Source: Gammaproteobacteria bacterium (lineage in GTDB: Bacteria > Pseudomonadota > Gammaproteobacteria > JBCCGL01). Taken from it: 64,000 nucleotides of DNA. Below are positions 54,502-64,000 of this stretch, piece by piece (the stretch's first letter is position 1; each line of letters opens with the position of its first letter). The position numbers and the translations under genes are program-made. The stretch lies in NCBI GenBank assembly GCA_965277715.1, contig OZ255836.1, positions 960,001 through 1,024,000 on the forward strand, written 5' to 3'. A model generated the notes under the pieces. That model was not told the origin of the DNA. It was given only the letters and a program-made list of their open reading frames with translations, and did no database searches.

Positions 54502-57500
54502 TCATGCCTGTGCCAGCCTGGCCGCCTCGGCGACATCGACTGAAACCAACCGCGACACACCAGGCTCGTGCATGGTAACCCCCATCAGGTGCTGGGAGAG
54601 TTCCATAGTATTTTTATTGTGGGTGATAAAAATAAACTGCACACGCTCCGACATCTCGCGTACCAACTCACAATAACGCCCCACATTGGCATCATCAAGC
54701 GGCGCATCGACTTCGTCAAGCATACAAAAAGGCGCCGGATTAAGTTCAAAAAAAGCGAACACCAGAGCCACAGCCGTTAGTGCCTTTTCACCACCAGAGA
54801 GCAGGTGGATATTACTGACGCGTTTACCCGGCGGCCTCGCCATCACCGACACGCCGGTATCAAGTAAATCATTACCCGTCATGATCAGATTGGCATGGCC
54901 ACCACCAAACAGACGCGGGAAATACCCTTGTAGCTTGCCATTGACCTTTTCAAAAGTCTCTTTAAAACGGGAACGCGTCTCGCGGTCAATTTTCTCTATT
55001 GCCGATTCCAACGTCGCCAATGCCTCAGTAACATCGGCAAACTGTTTATCCAGGTATTCTTTACGGTTTTCCTGCTCGGCGTGCTCTTCAATCGCCGCCA
55101 GGTTGATCGGCCCGAGCCGTTGAATACGGCTCTCTACAGCCGCCAGTTTGTCGTTCCATATTGCCGGGCTGGCCTCTTCGGGGAGATCGGCCAGCAATGC
55201 CTCGTATTCAAGGCCTGTCTCCTGTAATTGTTCGTCCAGGGTTTGAATGCGTACCCGCACCTCCTGGCTGGCGAGGCGGTCCGCCTCCAGTTGTTCACGC
55301 ACTTTTTGTGCCGCCTGCTCGGCCTGTGTGCGATGTTGTTCCTGCAGGCGCAAATCGGCTTCTATCGCATCCACCACAGCGCGGGTTTCAGTGAGCCGCT
55401 TTTCAACCTGAAGGCGTTCGGCCAACAGGGTTTCGAGCTCGGCCTCTTTCGCTTTTATCGGTTCATCACCTTCCTGCTGGGCGGCAAGTAATGTATCGCG
55501 ACGGGTCTCCAGCGCTTTGAGCTGAGATTCCACCCGCGCCAGGTTTTGCTCGGTTGCCGTGCGTGCGGTGCGCATTGATTCAACGCGGATAGCGATCTGT
55601 TGGCCGCGCTCGTTTTGCTGTTGCGATTGCTGGCGCGCACGCTCCAGTTGGCTGCGCAGGGTATCGCGCAGCGCGCTCAGTGTATCGCCTTCAACGGCCA
55701 ACACCTCAACCTGCTCCAGTGCGCGGGCGCGGCGTTCACTCGATACTTCACACTCACTGCGGTACTGCTCACGCTGTTCCTCCAGATCACTCAATTCCTG
55801 GTGTAAACGCGCCTGGTTCTGTTGGATTTGCTCTTGTTTTACCCGCAGTGCATTGTGCTTTGACTGCGCCTCGACCAACAGCCGGTGGGTTGCATTGACC
55901 GCTGCCTGGGATTGGTCGCGCCGCTGTTCTATAGCGTGCAGTTGATCGGCGATTTGCGCATTGTCCATTTCCTGCTCAGAGACCTGGTTTTGCTGCCTTT
56001 CCAGTGTCTCACGCAGGGCCTTGATGGCCTGTTCACGCGCCAGGATACTGGCGTCCTCACCCTGGGTGCGATTGACGCGTAACCAGTTTGCCCCCAACCA
56101 GATACCATCGGCACTGACCACCGATTCAGCGGCGCCCAGCGTGGCGCGCATCGATAGAGCCTGTCGGTAGCTATCGGCGGCGTACACAGACGATAACAAA
56201 CCCGGTAACTGTACTGTTGAGTTGATTTTATCCACTAACAGTGCCGATGAATGAGACGCCGAAGGCACACCCGGCTGGGTGTCGAGAAACGTCAACTGGC
56301 CCTCACTAAAACCGGCCAGGTCGGTGGGCAGTTGATCGACACACACCGCCTCCAGATAACCTTCCAGCACGGTTTCCACCGCCAGTTCCCAACCACTTTC
56401 GACATTCAAATGCTGGGCCAGGCGCGTGCAATTGGACAAGCCATTTTGTGCCAACCACTCACTGGCACGTCCATCGTGCTCACCAAGCGATGCCTGTTGC
56501 AACGCTTCCAGCGAGGCCAGGCGACCATGTGTGGTTTGCGTTTGTGCACGTGCCCGATCGAGTGACCGCTGGCAAATCACCTGTTTTTCACGCAGCCCGG
56601 CCAGTGCCTGGGTGTCCTCAAGCAGTGCCACTTTGGCCTGTTCCTCGGCGTGGCGTGCACTGCTCTCTTCATCGACCAATAGGGCTATTTGTGCACCGAG
56701 ATCGCCACTATCGATAGTGGCGAGTGCATTTTGTTGTGCGATAGCACGCTGGCTGACTTGCTGTATAAGCCGTTCAAACTGTTCGATACGCGAGCGTTCA
56801 ACCTGCGCAATCTGCAACGGTTCAGCATTGCGTCGATTGTAGTTATCCCAGTTACCCTGCCACTCTGTCATCGCCCGTTCAGCCTGGGCGAGCACTTCAG
56901 CCGAATCTTTTTGCTCGTCGAGCAACCGCTCGTAGGTGGGGGTGTCGTCGTCGATGGACTCGGACAACTGGCGAATCTTCTCACGGTCCTGGGCAATCAA
57001 CTGGTTGTTGTCATTCCAGGTCTGTTGCACCTGTTTTAATTCAAGCTGCTGGCGCTGGTGGGTTTCTTTGTTGTGCTGAATGGTTTGTTCGCTACGCGAG
57101 ATATCCGCCCCCAGCTTATAGAACGTCCCCTGAACGCCATTGAAACGTTCGTTAGCACCACTGTGTGCATCGCGCTGTTTCTCGATAACCGATTCGGCGG
57201 CGCGCTGATCGGCCACGCATTTTTCCAGTTGTGTGGCTTTTTCCTGTAGATCCTGTTCACGCACTGCCAGCGCATCGCTATGCGCTACGCGGCGCAACGC
57301 CAGCAGTTCCGCTTTTGTGCGCCGCTCTTCGCTTTTCAGTTCTTTAAAGCGCTCTGCCGTGCGCGCCTGGCGCTTGAGGTGGGCAATTTGTTTTTCGACC
57401 TCTTCGCGCACATCATTGAGCCGGTCGAGGTTGTCACGCGTATGGCGGATGCGGTTTTCGGTTTCGCGACGGCGGTCTTTGTATTTGGAAATACCGGCCG

Positions 57501-57999
57501 CCTCTTCTATATAAACGCGCATTTCCTCGGGCTTGGCTTCAATTAGCCGGGCAATCATACCCTGCTCGATGATCGCGTAACTGCGCGGCCCCAGGCCTGT
57601 GCCCAGAAAAATATCGGTAATATCGCGGCGCCGACAGCGGCTGCCGTTCAGGTAATAGATTGATTGGCCTTCGCGACTGACCTGCCGCCTGACCGAAATT
57701 TCGGCATAACTGGCATACTCGCCACCGACAGAGCCATCACTGTTATCAAACACCAGCTCGACCGACGCCTGCCCGACCGGCTTGCGCGACGTCGAGCCAG
57801 AGAAAATAACATCCTCCATTGAGTCGCCACGCAAATGCTTGGCGGACGATTCGCCCATTACCCAGCGCACCGCATCAATCGTATTGGATTTACCGCACCC
57901 ATTGGGGCCAACCACACCCACCAGATTACTGGGTAGGCTAATAGTTGTGGGGTCGACAAAGGACTTAAACCCCGCAAGTTTGATCTTACTCAAACGCAT
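54502..57999 (-). CDS. smc: Chromosome segregation protein SMC
   Basis: GFKSF, GPNGCGKSN, long coiled coils, LSGGEK, LDEVDAPLD. Confidence 0.98.
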   Translation of the reverse strand: MRLSKIKLAGFKSFVDPTTISLPSNLVGVVGPNGCGKSNTIDAVRWVMGESSAKHLRGDSMEDVIFSGSTSRKPVGQASVELVFDNSDGSVGGEYASYAEISVRRQVSREGQSIYYLNGSRCRRRDITDIFLGTGLGPRSYAIIEQGMIARLIEAKPEEMRVYIEEAAGISKYKDRRRETENRIRHTRDNLDRLNDVREEVEKQIAHLKRQARTAERFKELKSEERRTKAELLALRRVAHSDALAVREQDLQEKATQLEKCVADQRAAESVIEKQRDAHSGANERFNGVQGTFYKLGADISRSEQTIQHNKETHQRQQLELKQVQQTWNDNNQLIAQDREKIRQLSESIDDDTPTYERLLDEQKDSAEVLAQAERAMTEWQGNWDNYNRRNAEPLQIAQVERSRIEQFERLIQQVSQRAIAQQNALATIDSGDLGAQIALLVDEESSARHAEEQAKVALLEDTQALAGLREKQVICQRSLDRARAQTQTTHGRLASLEALQQASLGEHDGRASEWLAQNGLSNCTRLAQHLNVESGWELAVETVLEGYLEAVCVDQLPTDLAGFSEGQLTFLDTQPGVPSASHSSALLVDKINSTVQLPGLLSSVYAADSYRQALSMRATLGAAESVVSADGIWLGANWLRVNRTQGEDASILAREQAIKALRETLERQQNQVSEQEMDNAQIADQLHAIEQRRDQSQAAVNATHRLLVEAQSKHNALRVKQEQIQQNQARLHQELSDLEEQREQYRSECEVSSERRARALEQVEVLAVEGDTLSALRDTLRSQLERARQQSQQQNERGQQIAIRVESMRTARTATEQNLARVESQLKALETRRDTLLAAQQEGDEPIKAKEAELETLLAERLQVEKRLTETRAVVDAIEADLRLQEQHRTQAEQAAQKVREQLEADRLASQEVRVRIQTLDEQLQETGLEYEALLADLPEEASPAIWNDKLAAVESRIQRLGPINLAAIEEHAEQENRKEYLDKQFADVTEALATLESAIEKIDRETRSRFKETFEKVNGKLQGYFPRLFGGGHANLIMTGNDLLDTGVSVMARPPGKRVSNIHLLSGGEKALTAVALVFAFFELNPAPFCMLDEVDAPLDDANVGRYCELVREMSERVQFIFITHNKNTMELSQHLMGVTMHEPGVSRLVSVDVAEAARLAQA

Positions 58000-58124
58000 T
58001 AAATGCTGTTTCCTGAAAGTAATGGAGGCGAATAGTAACCATGCCCGCCAACGCAGGGCGGAATTCTATCGTGCCACAGGGAAATTGGTATAATTTCTTT
58101 TTGCAACGGTGGATTTTATAACAA

Positions 58125-58901
58125 ATGATTGCGAATTTCTTTGAAGGCGCCCGCTATCTGGGGCGTGGATGGCAATTGATCCAACAACCGGGCCTGCGCC
58201 GTTTTGTCGCAATTCCACTGACGGTCAACGCGCTGATTTTTATTGGCTTGATTATGCTGGGTTACCATTACTACTCGATGCTAATTACCTGGCTAACACC
58301 GGATTTTCTCGAAAGCTGGCAGGAATATTGGCTGATTGGCTGGTTAATTGGTGTTATAAAATTTTTCCTGTGGATAATATTTGGCGCCGCAGTGTTGATA
58401 GTGCTGACCTATACTTTCACCTTACTTGCCAACTTTATCGCCGCCCCTTTCAATAGCTTACTTGCACAAAAAGTTGAACACTATCTCGATGGTACGCTCG
58501 ATCAGTCCAGTGATTCGTTTTCACATATAGTAAAGAGCATCCCCAAAACCCTTGTATCTGAGGGGTGCAAGCTCCTCTACCTCATCATGTGGATGATACC
58601 GCTGCTCATCTTATCGTTTATCCCGGTGCTCAATTTCCTCGCCCCCATTGTGTGGTTTGCCTTTGGCGCCTGGATGCTGACACTGGAGTATTTAGACTAC
58701 CCTATGGGCAACCATGACTATCGCTTTGGCCAGATTAAAACGTTTATGCGTGATCACCGTGGGCTGGCGATGGGCTTTGGTGGCTGCATCACCCTGATGA
58801 CAGCCATCCCGCTGGTCAATCTGATTGCCATGCCGGTGGCGGTAACGGCTGCCACGTTATTGTGGGTGGAGCGGCTTTCACCACAGCCTATAAATCAGTG
58901 A
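58125..58901 (+). CDS. cysZ: Sulfate transporter CysZ (EI24 family)
   Basis: ANFIAAPFNSLLA, YLDYP, MPVAVTAAT; divergent from smc-zipA. Confidence 0.9.
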   Translation: MIANFFEGARYLGRGWQLIQQPGLRRFVAIPLTVNALIFIGLIMLGYHYYSMLITWLTPDFLESWQEYWLIGWLIGVIKFFLWIIFGAAVLIVLTYTFTLLANFIAAPFNSLLAQKVEHYLDGTLDQSSDSFSHIVKSIPKTLVSEGCKLLYLIMWMIPLLILSFIPVLNFLAPIVWFAFGAWMLTLEYLDYPMGNHDYRFGQIKTFMRDHRGLAMGFGGCITLMTAIPLVNLIAMPVAVTAATLLWVERLSPQPINQ

Positions 58902-58938
58902 CTCACGAGAAATTCAAGTATCTCAATGGAGAAACGAA

Positions 58939-60138
58939 ATGACGTCAGTTAGCAATATTCTGCAGCGCCCGCTCACGCTCCCCTGTGGTGCAGTGTTAAA
59001 AAACCGCCTTGCCAAATCTGCAATGTCTGATTCGTTGGGCAATGGTGAAGGCGACCCCACCGAAGCACAGATGCGCCTCTACGAACGGTGGGCCGGGGGT
59101 GGCGTCGCTTTGTCATTGATTGGCGAAGTGCAAGGCAATCCTCGTTATCCAGAAAAACCGGGAAACCTTGTACTCGGGCCAAACGCCGACCAGCAAGCGC
59201 TTCGATCACTGGCCTGTCGAGGCAGTATCAACGATACCCACCTGTGGCCCCAACTCGGGCACGCCGGAGCCCTGTCCCACCAGCCAGTCAGCTATCCAAA
59301 AGGACCGTCGCCACTGGATATTGAGGGACTTCGGTGCGACGGTATGACGGCTGAGGAGGTCCAGACCTTACCCGGCATGTATGCCCAGGCCGCGCTCTAT
59401 GCAAAAGAAGCTGGCTTTGGAGGGGTTCAGTTGCACGCCGGGCATGGCTTTCTATTGAGTCAGTTTTTATCCCCGTTGTTTAACCACCGAAATGACGGCT
59501 ACGGTGGTTCTATCGAAGCCCGATCACGCATCGTACTTGAAGTGATTCACTCAATACGGCGTGCGGTTGGTGCGACATTTCCCGTGGGGATCAAGATCAA
59601 TTCAACCGACAAACTGGAGGGGGGCTTAACTGAAGATGACGCGTTAGAGGTCGTGCGGATGCTCGATCACACATCCATCGATTTGATTGATGTCAGTGGT
59701 GGTACTTATTTTCCCGGTGCAAAGTCAAGCGCTGAAGGTTCGTCGAGTGGAAATCCTTACTTTCTCGATTTCGCCCGGCGTGCAAAAGAAGTGACCAATG
59801 TGCCAGTCATGTTGACCGGGGGGTTCGAAAAGCGTGTGCAGGCCGCAGATGCGGTCGATAGTGGTGCCGTTGATGTTGTGGGCCTGGCCCGAGCGATGGC
59901 ACTCAACCCCCGACTTGCCGAAACCTGGTTGAGTGACGACGGTGGCGATCCCGAATTTCCAATATTTGACGCACCGCCGCGTGGAGGAGTAACAGCATGG
60001 TATTCCATGCTGTTGACGGCGTTAGGTGAAAATCGGGAAAGTGAATTCGACCTCGATCCGCAGACTGCCATACAGGTTTATGAAGAGCGCGATGCACAAC
60101 GTTCGATTAAGTGGAATGAAAAATTTGACATTACCTGA
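58939..60138 (+). CDS. NADH:flavin oxidoreductase (Old Yellow Enzyme family)
   Basis: KNRLAKSAM, QLGHAG, HAGHGFLLSQFLSP, DGYGGS. Confidence 0.92.
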   Translation: MTSVSNILQRPLTLPCGAVLKNRLAKSAMSDSLGNGEGDPTEAQMRLYERWAGGGVALSLIGEVQGNPRYPEKPGNLVLGPNADQQALRSLACRGSINDTHLWPQLGHAGALSHQPVSYPKGPSPLDIEGLRCDGMTAEEVQTLPGMYAQAALYAKEAGFGGVQLHAGHGFLLSQFLSPLFNHRNDGYGGSIEARSRIVLEVIHSIRRAVGATFPVGIKINSTDKLEGGLTEDDALEVVRMLDHTSIDLIDVSGGTYFPGAKSSAEGSSSGNPYFLDFARRAKEVTNVPVMLTGGFEKRVQAADAVDSGAVDVVGLARAMALNPRLAETWLSDDGGDPEFPIFDAPPRGGVTAWYSMLLTALGENRESEFDLDPQTAIQVYEERDAQRSIKWNEKFDIT

Positions 60139-60200
60139 GTTTCGTCAAATAGCACTACTGTTATCAGGTATATCCCTATACCTTTCCCTATCAACAGCAA

Positions 60201-61514
60201 TCAGCAATCAAGCGTATGCTGCCGCTCCCAATCACTCAAATACGAAGCATAATCATTCCACTCGGTCATTTTGAGTTTAATAAACGCATCAATCAATGCA
60301 TCCCCCATACGCTCACGCAACACATCACTCCCCTCCAATAAACGCAAGGCATCAAGCAAATTCTTCGGCAATTGCTTATAGCCTTCCACCTTGTCACCCT
60401 CTTCATACATATTAATATCCAATGGCTTACCCGGATCGCGTTTATTCTCGATACCATCCAGACCCACCGCCAACACACTCGCCTGTAATAGGTAAGGGTT
60501 AACAGCACCATCCATCAAACGCAACTCAAAACGCCCATCATCCGGCACGCGGATCATATGCGTGCGATTATTCCCCGCATAGGTAATAGAACTTGGCGAC
60601 CAGGTGGCACCCGACAAGGTGCGCGGTGCGTTAATGCGCTTATAACTGTTCACCGTAGGGTTAAACAGCGCCGTGAGCCGGTCTGCACTGTGCATAACAC
60701 CCCCCAGAAACTGATAGGCCAGTGGCGATAAACCCAAACCGTTTTCAGGGTCATCGCCCAGAAAAAGATTAGTGGTGCCCGCTGCGTCCCAAACGGAAAT
60801 ATGCGCATGACAACCGTTACCAGTCAGATTAGTAAACGGCTTGGGCATAAACGTAGCGCGCAAACCATGCTGCTCGGCGAGGGTTTTGGTCATGTATTTA
60901 AAAAACACGTGGCGGTCGGCAGTTTTCAGCGCATCGTCAAAATCCCAGTTCATTTCGAACTGACCGTTAGCGTCCTCGTGGTCGTTTTGGTACGGCCCCC
61001 ACCCCAATTCAATCATCGCATCGCAGATTTGGCTGATCACCGGGTAGCGGCGCATCAATGCCTGTTGGTCATAGCAGGGCTTGGCTTGAGTATCCGCTGC
61101 GTCAGAAATAGCTGTGCCATCGTCATTGATTAAAAAGTACTCACACTCCACCCCTGTTTTCATCCGGTAGCCCGCATTGCTGGCGCGCTCCAGTTGGCGT
61201 TTCAGGGCGACGCGTGGTGAGGCCTCAACCTCTTTGCCATCCATCCATAAGTCCGATGCCAACCAGCCAATTTCCGGTTGCCAGGGCAGTTGAATCAGGC
61301 TTTCCGGGTCTGGCCGACCAAACATATCCGGGTGCGCCGGGGTCATATCCAGCCAGGCGGCAAAACCGGCAAAACCGGCACCGTCCTCCTGCATACCTTT
61401 AATAGCGCGTGCTGGCACTAATTTGGCTCGCAGGTTACCGAATAAATCGACAAAACTGATTAAAAAATATTTAATGCCGCGCTCTTTCGCGACCTGTGAA
61501 AGATCAATACTCAT
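60201..61514 (-). CDS. glnT: Type III glutamate-ammonia ligase GlnT / gamma-glutamylmethylamide synthetase GmaS
   Basis: LRAKLVP, GAGFAGFA, YQNDHEDANGQFEMNW, GATWSP; adjacent to the glxBCD-like genes. Confidence 0.92.
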   Translation of the reverse strand: MSIDLSQVAKERGIKYFLISFVDLFGNLRAKLVPARAIKGMQEDGAGFAGFAAWLDMTPAHPDMFGRPDPESLIQLPWQPEIGWLASDLWMDGKEVEASPRVALKRQLERASNAGYRMKTGVECEYFLINDDGTAISDAADTQAKPCYDQQALMRRYPVISQICDAMIELGWGPYQNDHEDANGQFEMNWDFDDALKTADRHVFFKYMTKTLAEQHGLRATFMPKPFTNLTGNGCHAHISVWDAAGTTNLFLGDDPENGLGLSPLAYQFLGGVMHSADRLTALFNPTVNSYKRINAPRTLSGATWSPSSITYAGNNRTHMIRVPDDGRFELRLMDGAVNPYLLQASVLAVGLDGIENKRDPGKPLDINMYEEGDKVEGYKQLPKNLLDALRLLEGSDVLRERMGDALIDAFIKLKMTEWNDYASYLSDWERQHTLDC

Positions 61515-61553
61515 TTATTTTCCTCCGCTACTATTTACTTTTTAGGTTTAATC

Positions 61554-62873
61554 CTACAAACCGCCACCCGGAACCCAACTGGTACCGGCTAACGGAATCT
61601 TTGCCATCGCCGCCGCTTCAATAGTCAACGCCACCATATCTTCAGGCTCCAGATTGTGCACATGGCTTTTCCCACAGGCGCGTGCCAGTGTCTGCGCCTC
61701 CAATGTTAATACATTGAGGTAATTGGCCAGTCGACGACCACCCTGCTCGGGATCGAGCCGCTTGGATAGCTCAGGATCCTGCGTGCAGATACCGGAGGGA
61801 TCACGACCATCTTGGTAATCGTCCCAAAAACCAGCGGCAGAGCCTAAAGCCTGGTATTCCCGATCAAATTCCGGGCTGTTATCACCCAGTGCAATTAACG
61901 CCGCCGTGCCAATCGCCACCGCATCGGCGCCCATTGCCAGTGCTTTGGCAACATCTGCCCCGCTGCGAATACCCCCGGAGACAATCAGCTGCACTTTGCG
62001 GTGCATATCGAGTGCCTGGAGGGCCTCGACCGCCTGGCGGATAGCGGGCAGCGTCGGGATACCCACGTGTTCTATAAACACGTCCTGAGTCGCGGCGGTG
62101 CCGCCCTGCATACCGTCTAACACCACCACATCGGCGCCCGCCTTGACCGCCAGCGCCACATCGTAACCGGCGCGGGCGCCGCCTACTTTGACATAGATGG
62201 GTTTTTCCCAATTGGTAATTTCGCGCAATTCCTGGATTTTGATTTCCAGATCGTCCGGCCCAGTCCAGTCGGGGTGGCGACAGGCACTGCGCTGATCGAT
62301 ACCTTTGGGCAAGTTGCGCATGTGGGCAACGCGGTCGCTGATTTTTTGGCCCAGCAGCATGCCCCCGCCGCCCGGTTTAGCCCCTTGGCCCACCACCACT
62401 TCGATGGCGTCTGCCCGGCGCAGATCGTCTGGGTTCATGCCGTAGCGCGATGGCAGGTATTGGTACACCAGCTTGTCTGAATGGCCGCGCTCTTCGGCGG
62501 TCATGCCGCCATCACCTGTTGTGGTGCTAGTACCCATAATCGAGGCACCGCGACCCAGTGATTCCTTTGCCTGCGCAGACAAAGCGCCAAAACTCATGCC
62601 CGCGATGGTAATAGGAATTTTTAGTTCGATAGGTTTTTTCGCAAAACGGGTGCCCAATGTCACACGGGTATCACAGGTCTCGCGATAACCTTCTAAGGGA
62701 TAGCGCGACATTGAGGCACCGAGAAACACCAGATCATCAAAGCTGGGCACTTTACGTTTGGCGCCAAAGCCACGAATATCGTAAATACCGGTTTGTGCGG
62801 CGCGTTGAATTTCAGCGATAACATGGCGTGGAAACGTGGCTGATTCGCGCAGATGGGGGAATTCGTTACTCAT
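61554..62873 (-). CDS. mgsC: FMN-binding glutamate synthase family protein (N-methylglutamate synthase subunit C, GlxD)
   Basis: GMSFGALS, TTGDGGM, GQGAKPGGGG, RSACRHPDW. Confidence 0.88.
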   Translation of the reverse strand: MSNEFPHLRESATFPRHVIAEIQRAAQTGIYDIRGFGAKRKVPSFDDLVFLGASMSRYPLEGYRETCDTRVTLGTRFAKKPIELKIPITIAGMSFGALSAQAKESLGRGASIMGTSTTTGDGGMTAEERGHSDKLVYQYLPSRYGMNPDDLRRADAIEVVVGQGAKPGGGGMLLGQKISDRVAHMRNLPKGIDQRSACRHPDWTGPDDLEIKIQELREITNWEKPIYVKVGGARAGYDVALAVKAGADVVVLDGMQGGTAATQDVFIEHVGIPTLPAIRQAVEALQALDMHRKVQLIVSGGIRSGADVAKALAMGADAVAIGTAALIALGDNSPEFDREYQALGSAAGFWDDYQDGRDPSGICTQDPELSKRLDPEQGGRRLANYLNVLTLEAQTLARACGKSHVHNLEPEDMVALTIEAAAMAKIPLAGTSWVPGGGL

Positions 62874-62883
62874 GGTTATTTAC

Positions 62884-63561
62884 TCAGTAAGCGTCAGCGT
62901 TATCGATGGTGAAGTTGTACAGTTTGCGCGCGGAACCGTAGCGTTTAAACGTGGCGGGGGCTATTTCAGCCATGCCCGCCTGTTTGAGCAGCTCGCCGAG
63001 TTCTGCCAGGTGTTCATCGCCCATGGGTTTTTCGATGCAGTCAGCCCCCAGGCTGGCCACCGAGCCACGCACATAAAGCCGCGCTTCATAGATTGAGTCA
63101 CCCAGCGCATCCCCCGCATCACCGCACACGACCAGGCGACCAGACTGCGCCATAAACGCACTCATATGCCCCACAGAGCCGCCGACAACGATATCAATCC
63201 CTTTCATGGAAATACCGCAGCGCGCCGCTGCATCGCCTTCAATCACCAGGAGGCCACCGTGCGCCGTGGCCGCTGCGTATTGCGAGGCATTGCCCTTGAC
63301 CCACACCCTACCGGACATCATGTTTTCAGCCAGTCCCGAGCCAGCATTGCCATTAACGGTAATCGATGCCTGCTGGTTCATTCCCGCGCAGTAATAGCCC
63401 ACATGGCCATTAACCGTGACCTGTGCCGCCGCTGTCATGCCCACCGCGACCGAATGTTTACCGCCCGCATTGTCCACCTCAAATACAGCACCGGCTTCAA
63501 GCCCTTGCAGTTGTTGATTCAGCCCGCGAATATCATTGTGTTTTAAATCGTAGCCAGCCAT
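62884..63561 (-). CDS. mgsB: GXGXG-domain protein (N-methylglutamate synthase subunit B, GlxC)
   Basis: GYYCAGMN, AENMMSG, RCGISMKG, YGSARKLYNF. Confidence 0.88.
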   Translation of the reverse strand: MAGYDLKHNDIRGLNQQLQGLEAGAVFEVDNAGGKHSVAVGMTAAAQVTVNGHVGYYCAGMNQQASITVNGNAGSGLAENMMSGRVWVKGNASQYAAATAHGGLLVIEGDAAARCGISMKGIDIVVGGSVGHMSAFMAQSGRLVVCGDAGDALGDSIYEARLYVRGSVASLGADCIEKPMGDEHLAELGELLKQAGMAEIAPATFKRYGSARKLYNFTIDNADAY

Positions 63562-63565
63562 GTAT

Positions 63566-64000
63566 TCACCCCTGTGAGGCTGGTCGTTGCCAGCTATAAA
63601 TTTTTGCCGGTTGCGGCTCCCATATCCGGGCGTTTTCTACGCCGGGTAGGGTTGCAATGGCGCGAAATTCAGACGACATCGCCGCCCAATCATCGGTTTC
63701 TGCCATCACCGCCGGTTTGCAGCCAATAGGGTCGCGCAACACAGCAAAACCGTCTTTGGTGCCGATAGCAAAGGTGTAAAACCCATCGAGATCATCGATT
63801 GCATGGTTGAGTGCCGCATCCAGGTCATCACCCTCGCGCATGCGCCAGGCGAGGTAGCCCGCCGCGACTTCACTGTCATTATCGGTGCTGAAACCGATAC
63901 CTTTGCGCTGTAAATCCCGGCGTAGCACATTGTGATTTGACAGAGAGCCATTGTGCACCAGGCAAACATCCTCACCGGTCGAAAACGGGTGGGAGTGCTC
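63566..64000 (-). CDS. mgsA: Class II glutamine amidotransferase (N-methylglutamate synthase subunit A, GlxB), 5' truncated by window edge
   Basis: Open to the window end: HPFSTGEDVCLVHNGSLSN, NDSEV, LDGFYTF, RDPIGCKP. Confidence 0.85.
   Translation of the reverse strand, partial: EHSHPFSTGEDVCLVHNGSLSNHNVLRRDLQRKGIGFSTDNDSEVAAGYLAWRMREGDDLDAALNHAIDDLDGFYTFAIGTKDGFAVLRDPIGCKPAVMAETDDWAAMSSEFRAIATLPGVENARIWEPQPAKIYSWQRPASQG

Noticed and set aside
54502-57999. Many antisense and alternative-frame ORFs within smc, ligA and other genes
   Set aside because: Expected shadows of codon bias; no motifs or RBS support
60166-60183. aggtata/tatacct hairpin between convergent genes as a terminator
   Set aside because: Weak AT-rich 7-bp stem with a poor U-tract

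Overview
Chromosomal segment of a gammaproteobacterium (assigned from the nrdR-rib-nusB, rpmF-plsX-fab, lol-comEC-msbA-lpxK-kdsB and smc-zipA-ligA gene blocks), most likely spanning the replication terminus. A canonical 28-bp dif site lies at 41202-41229, and gene orientation flips from mostly + to mostly - around it. The left third (1-20.8 kb) is accessory catabolism: an ABC uptake system, three acyl-CoA ligases, a thioesterase, an MBL hydrolase, a tungsten-type aldehyde:ferredoxin oxidoreductase, a Pot-type polyamine ABC transporter, a class III aminotransferase, a PhyH dioxygenase and hipBA. The middle is housekeeping, and the right end carries the N-methylglutamate (methylamine) genes. Notable points: (1) a proteasome/HslV-like Ntn hydrolase with Ser at position 1 inside the riboflavin operon; (2) a 187-bp TA-flanked nested hairpin (MITE-like) just upstream of comEC; (3) the fab cluster split into two opposite-strand halves either side of dif, suggesting an inversion; (4) several decayed loci (hicBA, vapC, LysR, DUF423); (5) C-rich, rut-like strand skew at convergent gene ends. 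I found no rRNA, tRNA, CRISPR array or intact IS. All family assignments come from motif recognition by eye, not from database searches.
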